A DNA stretch of 53,589 bases from Gaiellales bacterium. GTDB lineage: Bacteria > Actinomycetota > Thermoleophilia > Gaiellales > JAICJC01. Location of the stretch: contig DATNEO010000195.1 in NCBI GenBank assembly GCA_035553035.1, positions 1 to 53,589 of the forward strand, read 5' to 3'. Below the pieces are notes generated by a model, which had not been told where the DNA came from, ran no database searches, and saw only the letters and a list, made by a program, of their open reading frames with translations. The position numbers and the translations under genes were made by a program. Below, piece after piece: positions 16,587 through 24,124 of the stretch; the stretch's first letter is position 1; the number at the start of each line of letters is the position of its first letter.

Positions 16587-17335
16587 CCGGCCGTTTCCCG
16601 GTCCTGGCGGTCGAGCAGCGCGGCGATCGCGAAGACGAGCGCCGACAGGAACACGATCGCCTGCTCGGCGTTCATGATCACGCCGCCCAGGTTCTGATCC
16701 TCGCTCGGCGACAGGCCCCACAGCCTCGGCGTCTCGACGTAGTACGGGTAGAACGGCCGCGTGATGAACGTGAACGCGAGCCCCAGGAACGACACCGCGA
16801 CGAACGCGGCCAGCAGGTAGAGCACGATGTCGCCACCGATCCGCCTGGTCGCGCCGAACACCGGCCACCAGAAGATCAGCCCGATGCCGATCAGGAAGGC
16901 GTGCTCCAGGTTCAGGAGCTCTGGGTGGCGCAGCAGCGCCTGGTAAGTGGGCGCCAGGTGCACTCCGTACCAGCCGGTCAGCCAGATCGCGAGGGCGACC
17001 GGCAGCGTCGTCAGGGCCGCCAACGGGCGGCCGCCGCGGCGCTCGATCCCCGCCCGCATGCCGGGCGTGAGGCCGAGGATCAGGAGCGGCGGCGCCCAGT
17101 CGGCGATGATCGCGTTCTGCAGCAGGTGCGCCAGCAGCAGGTAGTGCTCGGCCAGCGTCTCGAGCGGCGAGTTGAGCGGCACCACCACCAGCAGCAGGCC
17201 GAACCCAAACACCAGCACCCGCCACACCGGCACGTCCCGACCGCGGGCCGCGCGCGCGTACAGCACCGCGGCCGCCGCGGCGGCGATCGCGAAGAGCGGT
17301 TCGAACGTGAAGCTCGCCGGAGCCGGAGCACTCAC
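16574..17335 (-). CDS. CtaG-like membrane protein, paralog 2
   Basis: LNSPLETLAEHYLLLAHLLQNAIIADWAPPLLILGL. Convergent with paralog 1; the 3' ends overlap by 13 nt. Confidence 0.8.
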   Translation of the reverse strand: MSAPAPASFTFEPLFAIAAAAAAVLYARAARGRDVPVWRVLVFGFGLLLVVVPLNSPLETLAEHYLLLAHLLQNAIIADWAPPLLILGLTPGMRAGIERRGGRPLAALTTLPVALAIWLTGWYGVHLAPTYQALLRHPELLNLEHAFLIGIGLIFWWPVFGATRRIGGDIVLYLLAAFVAVSFLGLAFTFITRPFYPYYVETPRLWGLSPSEDQNLGGVIMNAEQAIVFLSALVFAIAALLDRQDRETAGYRD

Positions 17336-17408
17336 GTGATCACGCGGATCGGCTCCATTCCGGCAGCGTAGTTGCGATGTCGCTTACGCGAAGGTGACGC
17401 CCAATCAT

Positions 17409-17798
17409 CTATCCGTTGCGCCGGGCGATGGCCTGCGCCAGCTCCAGCTTGTTCATCTTGGAACGGCCCTTGACGCCGGCCCGCCGCGCGCGCTCGTAGA
17501 GCTCGTCCCGGGTATGGCCGCGCACGTCCACGCCGCCGGCCGTCGGCTTGGGGTGGTTCAGCGCTGCTGCGCCGCGCTGCGCATCCTGGTCGTCCGACGG
17601 GCCCTGCACGTCCTTCAGCTCCCAGTGGTCGCCGACCTTCTCGGCCACGTGCTTGACCGAGGCCCAGGCCGCTCGGTGCGCACGCTCCTCTGAGCTGTAC
17701 TGCTCGTGGGCGCTGTCGAGCGTCTCGCGGTACGTCCTGCGCACCTTCTCAGGCGACCGCCGGATCGTCCCCGGTACTCCCTCGGTGCGGATAGGCAT
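17409..17798 (-). CDS. ChaB-like protein with C-terminal Rho_N/SAP-like helix motif
   Basis: Track ORF 17409..18725 trimmed to ATG 17798 after GGAGGAACAATC. MPIRTEGVPGTIRRSPEKVRRTYRETLDSAHEQY...RAHRAAWASVKHVAEKVGDHWELK (ChaB pattern). C-terminus ELYERARRAGVKGRSKMNKLELAQAIARRN. Confidence 0.75.
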   Translation of the reverse strand: MPIRTEGVPGTIRRSPEKVRRTYRETLDSAHEQYSSEERAHRAAWASVKHVAEKVGDHWELKDVQGPSDDQDAQRGAAALNHPKPTAGGVDVRGHTRDELYERARRAGVKGRSKMNKLELAQAIARRNG

Positions 17799-17873
17799 GA
17801 TTGTTCCTCCAATCAGGTATAGCCAACCGGGAGGAACGTTCCCGGCCGGCACCTCCACGAAACCAGAGGCCGC

Positions 17874-18752
17874 ATGCATGCTGATACCCCCGATAGCCCA
17901 TCCTCGCCGCCTGGACTGCCCACCGTGGTCAAGCGCTCGGTGCGTCACGCCCAGGCCGACCAGATCCCGCACCTGGCCCAGGCGATCGCCTTCAACGGTT
18001 TCCTTGCCATCCCCTCGGCGCTGCTGCTGGCGGTGGGGGTGTTCAGCGCCACGGCCGGGCCCGGGTCGATCCAGACGCTGCTGGACCACCTCCAGGGCCT
18101 GGTGCCCGACAGCGTGCTTTCTCTTGTGCAGGCCAGCATGGCGCAGCTGCTCGTGTCCGGCAGGAGCGACCTCATGATCGCGGTCGGCGCCGTGTTCGCC
18201 CTGTGGTCGCTGAGCGGCGCGATGCAGACGGTGATGTGGTCGCTGAACGCCGCGCACGAGCGCCCCGAGACCCGGGGTTTCGTGCGCAAGCGGCTCGTGG
18301 CACTGCTGATGATCCTGGTGTCGCTGCTGGCGGTCGGCCTGGTGGTGTTCATGCTGGTGCTGGGTCCGACGATCAGCAGCTGGCTGCAGGACCAGACCGG
18401 CGTCGCCGCCGTCTCGTGGCTGTGGGACTACGGACGCTGGCCGCTGCTGGTGCTGGGGCTGCTGTTCGTGTTCGGCGGCGTGCTGTATCTGGGACCGGAC
18501 CTCGACCACAGCGAGTTCCGCCTGGTCACGCCGGGCGCGGTCCTGGCCGTGGCCGTCTGGCTGATCGCCTCGGGTGGGTTCGCGATCTACGCCGACCGGT
18601 TCGGCGGCTACAACAAGGTCTGGGGATCGCTGGCGGCCGTGATCGTGACCATGACCTGGCTGTGGCTGTCGAGCCTGGCGCTGCTGGTCGGCGCTGAGCT
18701 CGACGCCGAGCTGAAGCGCGTCCACGGCGCGCCGGACGTCGAGCCGGCATGA
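17874..18752 (+). CDS. YihY/BrkB-family membrane protein
   Basis: AQAIAFNGFLAIPSALLLAVG...WLWLSSLALLVGAELDAEL. Six hydrophobic segments. Confidence 0.82.
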   Translation: MHADTPDSPSSPPGLPTVVKRSVRHAQADQIPHLAQAIAFNGFLAIPSALLLAVGVFSATAGPGSIQTLLDHLQGLVPDSVLSLVQASMAQLLVSGRSDLMIAVGAVFALWSLSGAMQTVMWSLNAAHERPETRGFVRKRLVALLMILVSLLAVGLVVFMLVLGPTISSWLQDQTGVAAVSWLWDYGRWPLLVLGLLFVFGGVLYLGPDLDHSEFRLVTPGAVLAVAVWLIASGGFAIYADRFGGYNKVWGSLAAVIVTMTWLWLSSLALLVGAELDAELKRVHGAPDVEPA

Positions 18753-20968
18753 GCCCGCGGCCGCATGCCTCCGGGTTTGCGACCCGCGCGATCGCCTGGA
18801 TCGCCGTTCGGCTGCGGTTTCTCGTGGTGCCGGCGTTCGCCGTCGCGGCGGTCGCGGCCGGCTTGCATGCGGACCCGTTCCAGCCCGGCGGCCCCGTGCT
18901 CAACCTGATTCCCAAGGACTCCCCGGCGCTGCGCGCCGAGGCCGACTCCCTGCGCCTGTTCCGCGCTCCGGCCGGCAGCGACGTGATCGTCGTGCAGCGC
19001 AACCCCCACGGCCTCAGCCGCGATGCCCAGACCCGGGTGATCTCACGGGCCGTCGCGGTCAGCCGTGGCCGGGACCGATCCGGGGCACGGCTCGCCATCC
19101 CGTTCATCAACGTCCCCGGCGCACCCGCGTCGACGGGCGACTCGACCACCGCGATCACGCACCTGGTGTTCGATGGCTCGTATTCGCCCAACGAGCGCAC
19201 GCATGCGGCCCAGGCCTATCTGAACGCTGCGGGGCCCGACGCCGCGCCGGTCGGGGTCACCGGGGTCACCCCGGCGCGGATCGAGCAGGGCACCCTGATC
19301 CTGGATCGGATCGGCCTGGTGGAACTGCTGACCGTGCTGGTGATCGCCGTGATCGTGCTCGCGGTGTTCCGTGCGCCGGGAGCCGCGGTCGTCACGATGG
19401 CGACGATCGGGGTGGCCTTCCCGATCACGCTGTGGGCGCTGACCGAGGTCGCGCGGCTCAGCGGCAACCCGCTGCCGCAGGAGGTGGAGCCGCTGGTGGT
19501 GGCGCTGCTGCTGGGAGTGGTCACCGACTACGCCGTGTTCTTCCTGTCGGAGTTCCGGGATCAGCTGCGGTCGGGAGCGGGGTCGCGCGACGGGGTGCAG
19601 GCCGCGGCGCGGGCCGTGATCCCGATCGTGTTCACGGGCGGCGTGATCCTGTCCCTGAGCTTGCTGGCGCTGCGCGCCTCCTCGCTCGGGTTCTTCCGCG
19701 AGCTGGCGCCGGCGCTGGCGGTCACGGTGGCCGTCGCGATGCTGGTCTCGCTGGTGTTCGTGCCCGCGTTGATCGCGCTGCTGGGTCGCTTCGCCGTGTG
19801 GCCGACACGACCGGAGCAGGACGGGGACGAGGTGGCGGTGAGCAGGCCGATCGGCCAGCGGATCGCGCACCTCGCGGCGGGGCGCCCGCTGGCCACCCTG
19901 ATCGGTGTCGCCTGCGTGGGGCTGCTTGTGATTGCCGGCCTCCAGGCCCGCACGCTGCATCTGGGCGTGGACGTGATCTCAGGGCTCCCCAGCGACAGCG
20001 GGCCGCGGGTGGCCGCTCGTGCCGCTGACGCCGGGTTCGCGCCCGGAGCCCTGGCCCCGCTCGAGGTGATGGTCCAGGATCGCGGAGCCGCGCTTCCGCC
20101 CGCCGGGCTCGCGCAGCTGGAGCAGGAGCTCCGTCGCCAGCCGGGCTTCGCGGGTGCCGTGGGGCCGTCGGAGCAGGTCAGCGGCACATCCGTGCAGCCG
20201 TTCCTGACGCCTGATGGCCGGGCGGCCAGGTACGTGCTGGTGTCGGATACCGATCCGCTGTCCCCCGTCGCGGTTCGCGACCTCGCCCAGCTCCAGGCGC
20301 GGATGCCGGAACTCTTCAGCTCGGCAGGTCTCGGCGATGCATCCGTGGAGTACGCCGGCCAGACGGCGCTCGCCCAGTCGGCGGTCGACGCCGTCTCCGG
20401 CGACGCGCTCAAGATCGCGCTGGCGGTGCTGCTCGTGAACCTGGTGTTGATGGCGCTGTTCATGCGGGCGCTGCTGGCGCCGCTGGTGCTGCTGGCGGTG
20501 AACGTGCTGAGCGTGGCCGCCACGCTGGGCCTGACCGTCTGGTTCTTCCAGGACGTGCTGGGTTATCCCGACATCACCTATTACGTGCCCTTCGCCGGAG
20601 CGGTGCTGCTGGTCTCGCTGAGCTCGGACTACAACGTCCTGATCGTCGGCAAGATCTGGGCGGAGGGGGAGAACCGGTCGATGCGCGACGCGATCGCGAC
20701 CGCTGCCCCGCGGGCGTCGCGCGCGATCCGTGCGGCCGGGCTGTCGCTGGCTGCCAGCTTCGCCCTGGTGGCGCTGATCCCGATCCGGTCGTTCCGCGAG
20801 CTGGCCGCGGTGATGTCCGTGGGCATCCTGGTCGAGACCTTTTTCGTCCGTTCCCTGCTGGCGCCCGCGCTGCTCGCGCTGCTGGGCGCGCGCGCGAGAT
20901 GGCCGGGGGGTTCGGCGTCTGTCGTTTCGTCCTCCCCCGCCGCGGGCATGGACCCGATGACCGAATGA
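18749..20968 (+). CDS. MMPL-family (RND superfamily) transporter
   Basis: 739 aa, ATGA overlap with the yihY-like gene. Two repeats of extracytoplasmic domain plus TM bundle (...VVTDYAVFFLSEFRDQL..., ...LVSLSSDYNVLIVGKIWAE...). Confidence 0.85.
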   Translation: MSPRPHASGFATRAIAWIAVRLRFLVVPAFAVAAVAAGLHADPFQPGGPVLNLIPKDSPALRAEADSLRLFRAPAGSDVIVVQRNPHGLSRDAQTRVISRAVAVSRGRDRSGARLAIPFINVPGAPASTGDSTTAITHLVFDGSYSPNERTHAAQAYLNAAGPDAAPVGVTGVTPARIEQGTLILDRIGLVELLTVLVIAVIVLAVFRAPGAAVVTMATIGVAFPITLWALTEVARLSGNPLPQEVEPLVVALLLGVVTDYAVFFLSEFRDQLRSGAGSRDGVQAAARAVIPIVFTGGVILSLSLLALRASSLGFFRELAPALAVTVAVAMLVSLVFVPALIALLGRFAVWPTRPEQDGDEVAVSRPIGQRIAHLAAGRPLATLIGVACVGLLVIAGLQARTLHLGVDVISGLPSDSGPRVAARAADAGFAPGALAPLEVMVQDRGAALPPAGLAQLEQELRRQPGFAGAVGPSEQVSGTSVQPFLTPDGRAARYVLVSDTDPLSPVAVRDLAQLQARMPELFSSAGLGDASVEYAGQTALAQSAVDAVSGDALKIALAVLLVNLVLMALFMRALLAPLVLLAVNVLSVAATLGLTVWFFQDVLGYPDITYYVPFAGAVLLVSLSSDYNVLIVGKIWAEGENRSMRDAIATAAPRASRAIRAAGLSLAASFALVALIPIRSFRELAAVMSVGILVETFFVRSLLAPALLALLGARARWPGGSASVVSSSPAAGMDPMTE

Positions 20969-20993
20969 TGCATGCCGGGAGGAGGTACAGGAC

Positions 20994-21170
20994 ATGGGCG
21001 AGAACATCGATCAGATGAAGGGCACCGCCAAGGAGAAGGCGGGTCAGCTCAAGGACGATCCCGATCTCGAGGCCGAGGGCAAGCGCGACCAGGCCAAGGG
21101 CGATCTCAAGGAGGGCGTCGACGACGCCGCCGACAAGATCAAGAGCGGAGTCGACAAGGTCACTCCGTAG
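20994..21170 (+). CDS. CsbD-family stress-response protein (58 aa, below the ORF-track cutoff)
   Basis: Hand translation: MGENIDQMKGTAKEKAGQLKDDPDLEAEGKRDQAKGDLKEGVDDAADKIKSGVDKVTP. GGGAGGAGG SD upstream. Confidence 0.8.
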   Translation: MGENIDQMKGTAKEKAGQLKDDPDLEAEGKRDQAKGDLKEGVDDAADKIKSGVDKVTP

Positions 21171-21179
21171 CGGCAGATT

Positions 21180-21203
21180 GGGGCCGGCCGAACGGCCGGC
21201 CCC
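21180..21203 (+). terminator. Hairpin after the CsbD-like gene
   Basis: GGGGCCGGCC-GAAC-GGCCGGCCCC: perfect 10-bp stem, 10 nt after the stop, no T tract. Confidence 0.5.
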
Positions 21204-21262
21204 AACCCGTCTCTGCGGGATGCCGTGGTTTCGCGGCACCGCGGCTCGGGTAGTCAGCCGCC

Positions 21263-21442
21263 ATGCCAGAGTCGTCCATGCCTCAGCCGCCGGGCGCGCC
21301 GCCGACGCCGGTGCCGCCCGATCCGTCGCTGCCGATCCCCGAGCCGCCCACGCCGCCCAGTGAGCCGGATCCGGCGCCGCCGGCGCCGGACATCCCGCAG
21401 CCGGAACCCGATCCGGTGCCTGCGATGCTGACGGGGCGGTGA
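21263..21442 (+). CDS. Possible proline-rich small ORF (59 aa)
   Basis: MPESSMPQPPGAPPTPVPPDPSLPIPEPPTPPSEPDPAPPAPDIPQPEPDPVPAMLTGR. G/C at the third position, but CCG repeats produce that anyway. No SD, no -10 element. Ends 1 nt before the next ORF's GTG. Confidence 0.2.
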   Translation: MPESSMPQPPGAPPTPVPPDPSLPIPEPPTPPSEPDPAPPAPDIPQPEPDPVPAMLTGR

Positions 21443-21443
21443 C

Positions 21444-22139
21444 GTGACCGGGCGGATCAACGCCGGCGGCCGCATGGCGGCGCTGATCGACATCGACGGC
21501 ACGCTGGTCGACTCGACCTACCTGCATGCCAGCGCATGGTCATCCGCGATCCGCGTGTGCGGGTTCGACATCCCCACGTCCCGCGCGCACAGGTTGATCG
21601 GCATGCGGGGTGAGCGGCTGCTCGAGGAGCTGCTCGGGCAGCGCGACGCTGCGAGCGTGGCGGAGCGGGCGATCGATGAGCACGCCCGCCGCTTCGCGGC
21701 GGTCCGTGATCAGGTCGTCCCGCTGCCGCACGCCCGCCACCTGCTGGAACGTCTGGTCGCCCGTGACGTCGTGGCGGTGCTGGTCAGCTCGGCCGAGCGG
21801 CACGAGGTGGAGTACTACGTCGGTCTGCTGGAGGCGGAGGATCTCGTCTGGGCATCGACCTCGGCGGCCGACGGGTCGCAATCCAAGCCCGATCCGGAAC
21901 CGATCCAGATCGCGCTTCAGCAGTCGGGATGCGGCGCGGCGGTCGTGATCGGCGACTCGCCGTGGGACTGCCTGGCCGCCTCGGCCGCGGGGTTGCCGGC
22001 GGTGACGGTGTTGACCGGCGGCTTCGCCCGCAGCGAGCTCGAGGGCGCGGGCGCCGAGGCGGTGTACGAGCATCTGGGTGAGCTCGCGGACGACCTCGAC
22101 CGCGTCGGCGGCCTCGCCGTCCACGCCGGTGCCGGCTGA
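21444..22139 (+). CDS. HAD-superfamily hydrolase (phosphatase-like)
   Basis: Motif I LIDIDGTLVDS, motif II LVSSAER, SKPDPEP, motif IV VIGDSPWD. The start may be ATG 21474. Confidence 0.85.
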   Translation: MTGRINAGGRMAALIDIDGTLVDSTYLHASAWSSAIRVCGFDIPTSRAHRLIGMRGERLLEELLGQRDAASVAERAIDEHARRFAAVRDQVVPLPHARHLLERLVARDVVAVLVSSAERHEVEYYVGLLEAEDLVWASTSAADGSQSKPDPEPIQIALQQSGCGAAVVIGDSPWDCLAASAAGLPAVTVLTGGFARSELEGAGAEAVYEHLGELADDLDRVGGLAVHAGAG

Positions 22140-22143
22140 CGCT

Positions 22144-22596
22144 TCAGCGTGCCGGCGCGATGCCGGCCTCGGCCAGCGCGGACTGGAATGAGCCGTAGCG
22201 GGCTTCCAGGTCTTCGACGCTGGCCCAGCCGAGATCCGTCTCCGCCAGGAACCGGCGGTATGCGCCCTCGTCGAGGGGGCCGTTCGCGGCCGCGGCAGCG
22301 GCGAGCAGGCCCGCCACCGGCGAATCCGGATCGCTGCCCTTGGTGATCCTCGAGTCCACCTGCAGCGACTCGATCACCGACTCGGCCGCCGTATCACCCG
22401 CCTCGTCCTGCGAGGAGCGCCCCTTCTGAGGCTCGGCGGTGGACGGATGGTCCGTGCGCACCTGACCGTCCTTCACGAGGTTTCCCTCGGCCGGCTCCCC
22501 TGCGTCGCGACGTGGCAGGTCGGGAGTGTCGCGGTCGTGCTCGGGTGGCGCCGGGCCGGTCGGCGTGTCGGGGATATGTCGCTGCCCATCGGACAT
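22144..22596 (-). CDS. Hypothetical protein, disordered acidic N-terminus
   Basis: Track ORF. The C-terminus YRRFLAETDLGWASVEDLEARYGSFQSALAEAGI resembles the homing-endonuclease-associated helical repeat (weak, from memory). Confidence 0.55.
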   Translation of the reverse strand: MSDGQRHIPDTPTGPAPPEHDRDTPDLPRRDAGEPAEGNLVKDGQVRTDHPSTAEPQKGRSSQDEAGDTAAESVIESLQVDSRITKGSDPDSPVAGLLAAAAAANGPLDEGAYRRFLAETDLGWASVEDLEARYGSFQSALAEAGIAPAR

Positions 22597-22640
22597 GCTG
22601 GGGTGCTACCCGCAGCCATCACCCTCCACACATGGCCGGT

Positions 22641-22646
22641 TATCGT
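22641..22646 (+). promoter_or_regulatory. -10-like hexamer TATCGT 7 nt upstream of the GNAT ATG (leaderless-type geometry)
   Basis: Sequence GGTTATCGT-TGCCCGG-ATG. Confidence 0.4.
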
Positions 22647-22653
22647 TGCCCGG

Positions 22654-23118
22654 ATGTCGATCAGGATCGAACCGCGCCGGCTCAGCGAGCTGACCGAGAT
22701 GACCGTCCGACAGCAGGCCGAGATGGCGGCCCGCTACGGCGGCGAGGGCGGATCGGGGGCGCCGCCGCGCGACGAGGAGTTCGTGCCACCAGAGGGCGTG
22801 TTCCTGGTGGCGCTACGGGAGGGCGAGGTGATCGGATGCGGCGGCATCTGCCGGCACCCGGAGGGCGGCGGCGAGATCCGGCGCATGTACGTGGCACCGG
22901 AGGCGCGTGGCGCCGGCATCGGCCGTGTGGTGCTCGAGGCTCTGGAGGCGTGGGCTGTCGACCTCGGCTTCGACACGCTGCGGCTCGAGACCGGCGACCG
23001 CCTGCTCGACGCCATCCGCCTCTACGAGCGGGCCGGCTACCGCCGCGGCCCCTGCTGGGGGCCGTACCTGACCGACCCCAAGAGCGTCTGCTATCAGAAG
23101 CGCCTGACCGTTCCCTGA
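22654..23118 (+). CDS. GNAT-family N-acetyltransferase
   Basis: ATG 22654 inside track ORF 22447..23118. Acetyl-CoA motif IRRMYVAPEARGAGIGRVVLEALE; C-terminus YERAGYR. Confidence 0.88.
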   Translation: MSIRIEPRRLSELTEMTVRQQAEMAARYGGEGGSGAPPRDEEFVPPEGVFLVALREGEVIGCGGICRHPEGGGEIRRMYVAPEARGAGIGRVVLEALEAWAVDLGFDTLRLETGDRLLDAIRLYERAGYRRGPCWGPYLTDPKSVCYQKRLTVP

Positions 23119-23127
23119 CGGTCGGCG

Positions 23128-23520
23128 CTACTTCTCCCAGTCCCCGATCTGGTACGCCTTGCCGGGGGTGCCGCCGATCACGAGCAGCGTCGTCGGCGAC
23201 GCCGCCGCCTCGAACTTGCGGGAGGTGCCGGGCTCGACCGCGACCACCGCGCCGGCGCCGGCGGTCACCGTCTCGCCGTTCAGGGTGACGAGGGCGCTAC
23301 CGCGATGCACGAAGTACACCTCCTGCTGCCCCGACTCCTGCTCGTGGTGCTCGGGGATCAGCACCTTGCCCTCATCCTTGGTGACGGCGTTGATGCCGAA
23401 CGCGGATACGCCGAAATGGTGGCGGATCGACTTCCAGGTGTCCGGCCAGTCGGGCTTGACCGGCGGCACCTCATCGACGTGCGCGACGCTCCAGCCGGTA
23501 CCGCTCTGCATGGTGCTCAT
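23128..23520 (-). CDS. Cupin-domain protein
   Basis: Track ORF 23128..23628 trimmed to ATG 23520 after AAGGGAG. EHHEQESGQQEVYFVHRGSALVTLNGETVTAGAGAVVAVEPG. Confidence 0.8.
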   Translation of the reverse strand: MSTMQSGTGWSVAHVDEVPPVKPDWPDTWKSIRHHFGVSAFGINAVTKDEGKVLIPEHHEQESGQQEVYFVHRGSALVTLNGETVTAGAGAVVAVEPGTSRKFEAAASPTTLLVIGGTPGKAYQIGDWEK

Positions 23521-23549
23521 CTCGCTCCCTTCGCACGGGTGGGCACAAG

Positions 23550-24098
23550 TTAGTTCATGCGCGGGTCTTCGGGCATCCGTGCCAGCAGCCGGTACTGATC
23601 GCCCATGCGCTCCAGCACCGACGACCACAGCCGTTCCGGCTCGGTGCTGAAGACGTCGCCCGGCAGCGCCTGCTCGATGAACCAGGCCTCCTCGTCGATC
23701 TCGTCCTCGAGCTGTCCCGTGCTCCAGCCGGCGTATCCGGCGAACACGCGCGCCCGGCTGACCGAGCTGTGCAGGTTGTCGGGATCCTCATCGAACTCGA
23801 GCGACGCGATCGAGCCGCAGATGGCCTCGTCCTCGAGCGGGTCGTTGTGGTCGGCCAGCGCGATCACGGTCTCCGGCTGCACCGGCCCGCCCAGGAAGAT
23901 CGGTTCGTCGTCCAGCAGCACCGCCCGCAGGTCGGGGATAGCCTCCCGCGCCTCGGTGTCGGAGGGGCGGTTGAGGACGACGCCGATCGCTCCCTCCGGC
24001 GTGTGCTCGAGCAGCAGCACGACGGTGCGCCGGAAGTTGGGATCGAGCAGCATCGGCGCCGCGATCAGCAGCTGGCCCTTGAGGGAATCGTGCTCCAC
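23550..24098 (-). CDS. YqgE/AlgH-family protein
   Basis: GQLLIAAPMLLDPNFRRTVVLLLEHTPEGAIGVVLNRP...IFLGGPV...VFAGYAGWSTGQLEDEI. GTG start. Confidence 0.88.
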   Translation of the reverse strand: MEHDSLKGQLLIAAPMLLDPNFRRTVVLLLEHTPEGAIGVVLNRPSDTEAREAIPDLRAVLLDDEPIFLGGPVQPETVIALADHNDPLEDEAICGSIASLEFDEDPDNLHSSVSRARVFAGYAGWSTGQLEDEIDEEAWFIEQALPGDVFSTEPERLWSSVLERMGDQYRLLARMPEDPRMN

Positions 24099-24105
24099 AC
24101 CGGGG

Positions 24106-24111
24106 ATTCTA
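24106..24111 (-). promoter_or_regulatory. -10-like hexamer TAGAAT 7 nt upstream of the yqgE-like GTG (leaderless-type geometry)
   Basis: Minus-strand sequence CGCTTAGAAT-CCCCGGT-GTG. Confidence 0.4.
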
Positions 24112-24124
24112 AGCGGGGTGGGGT

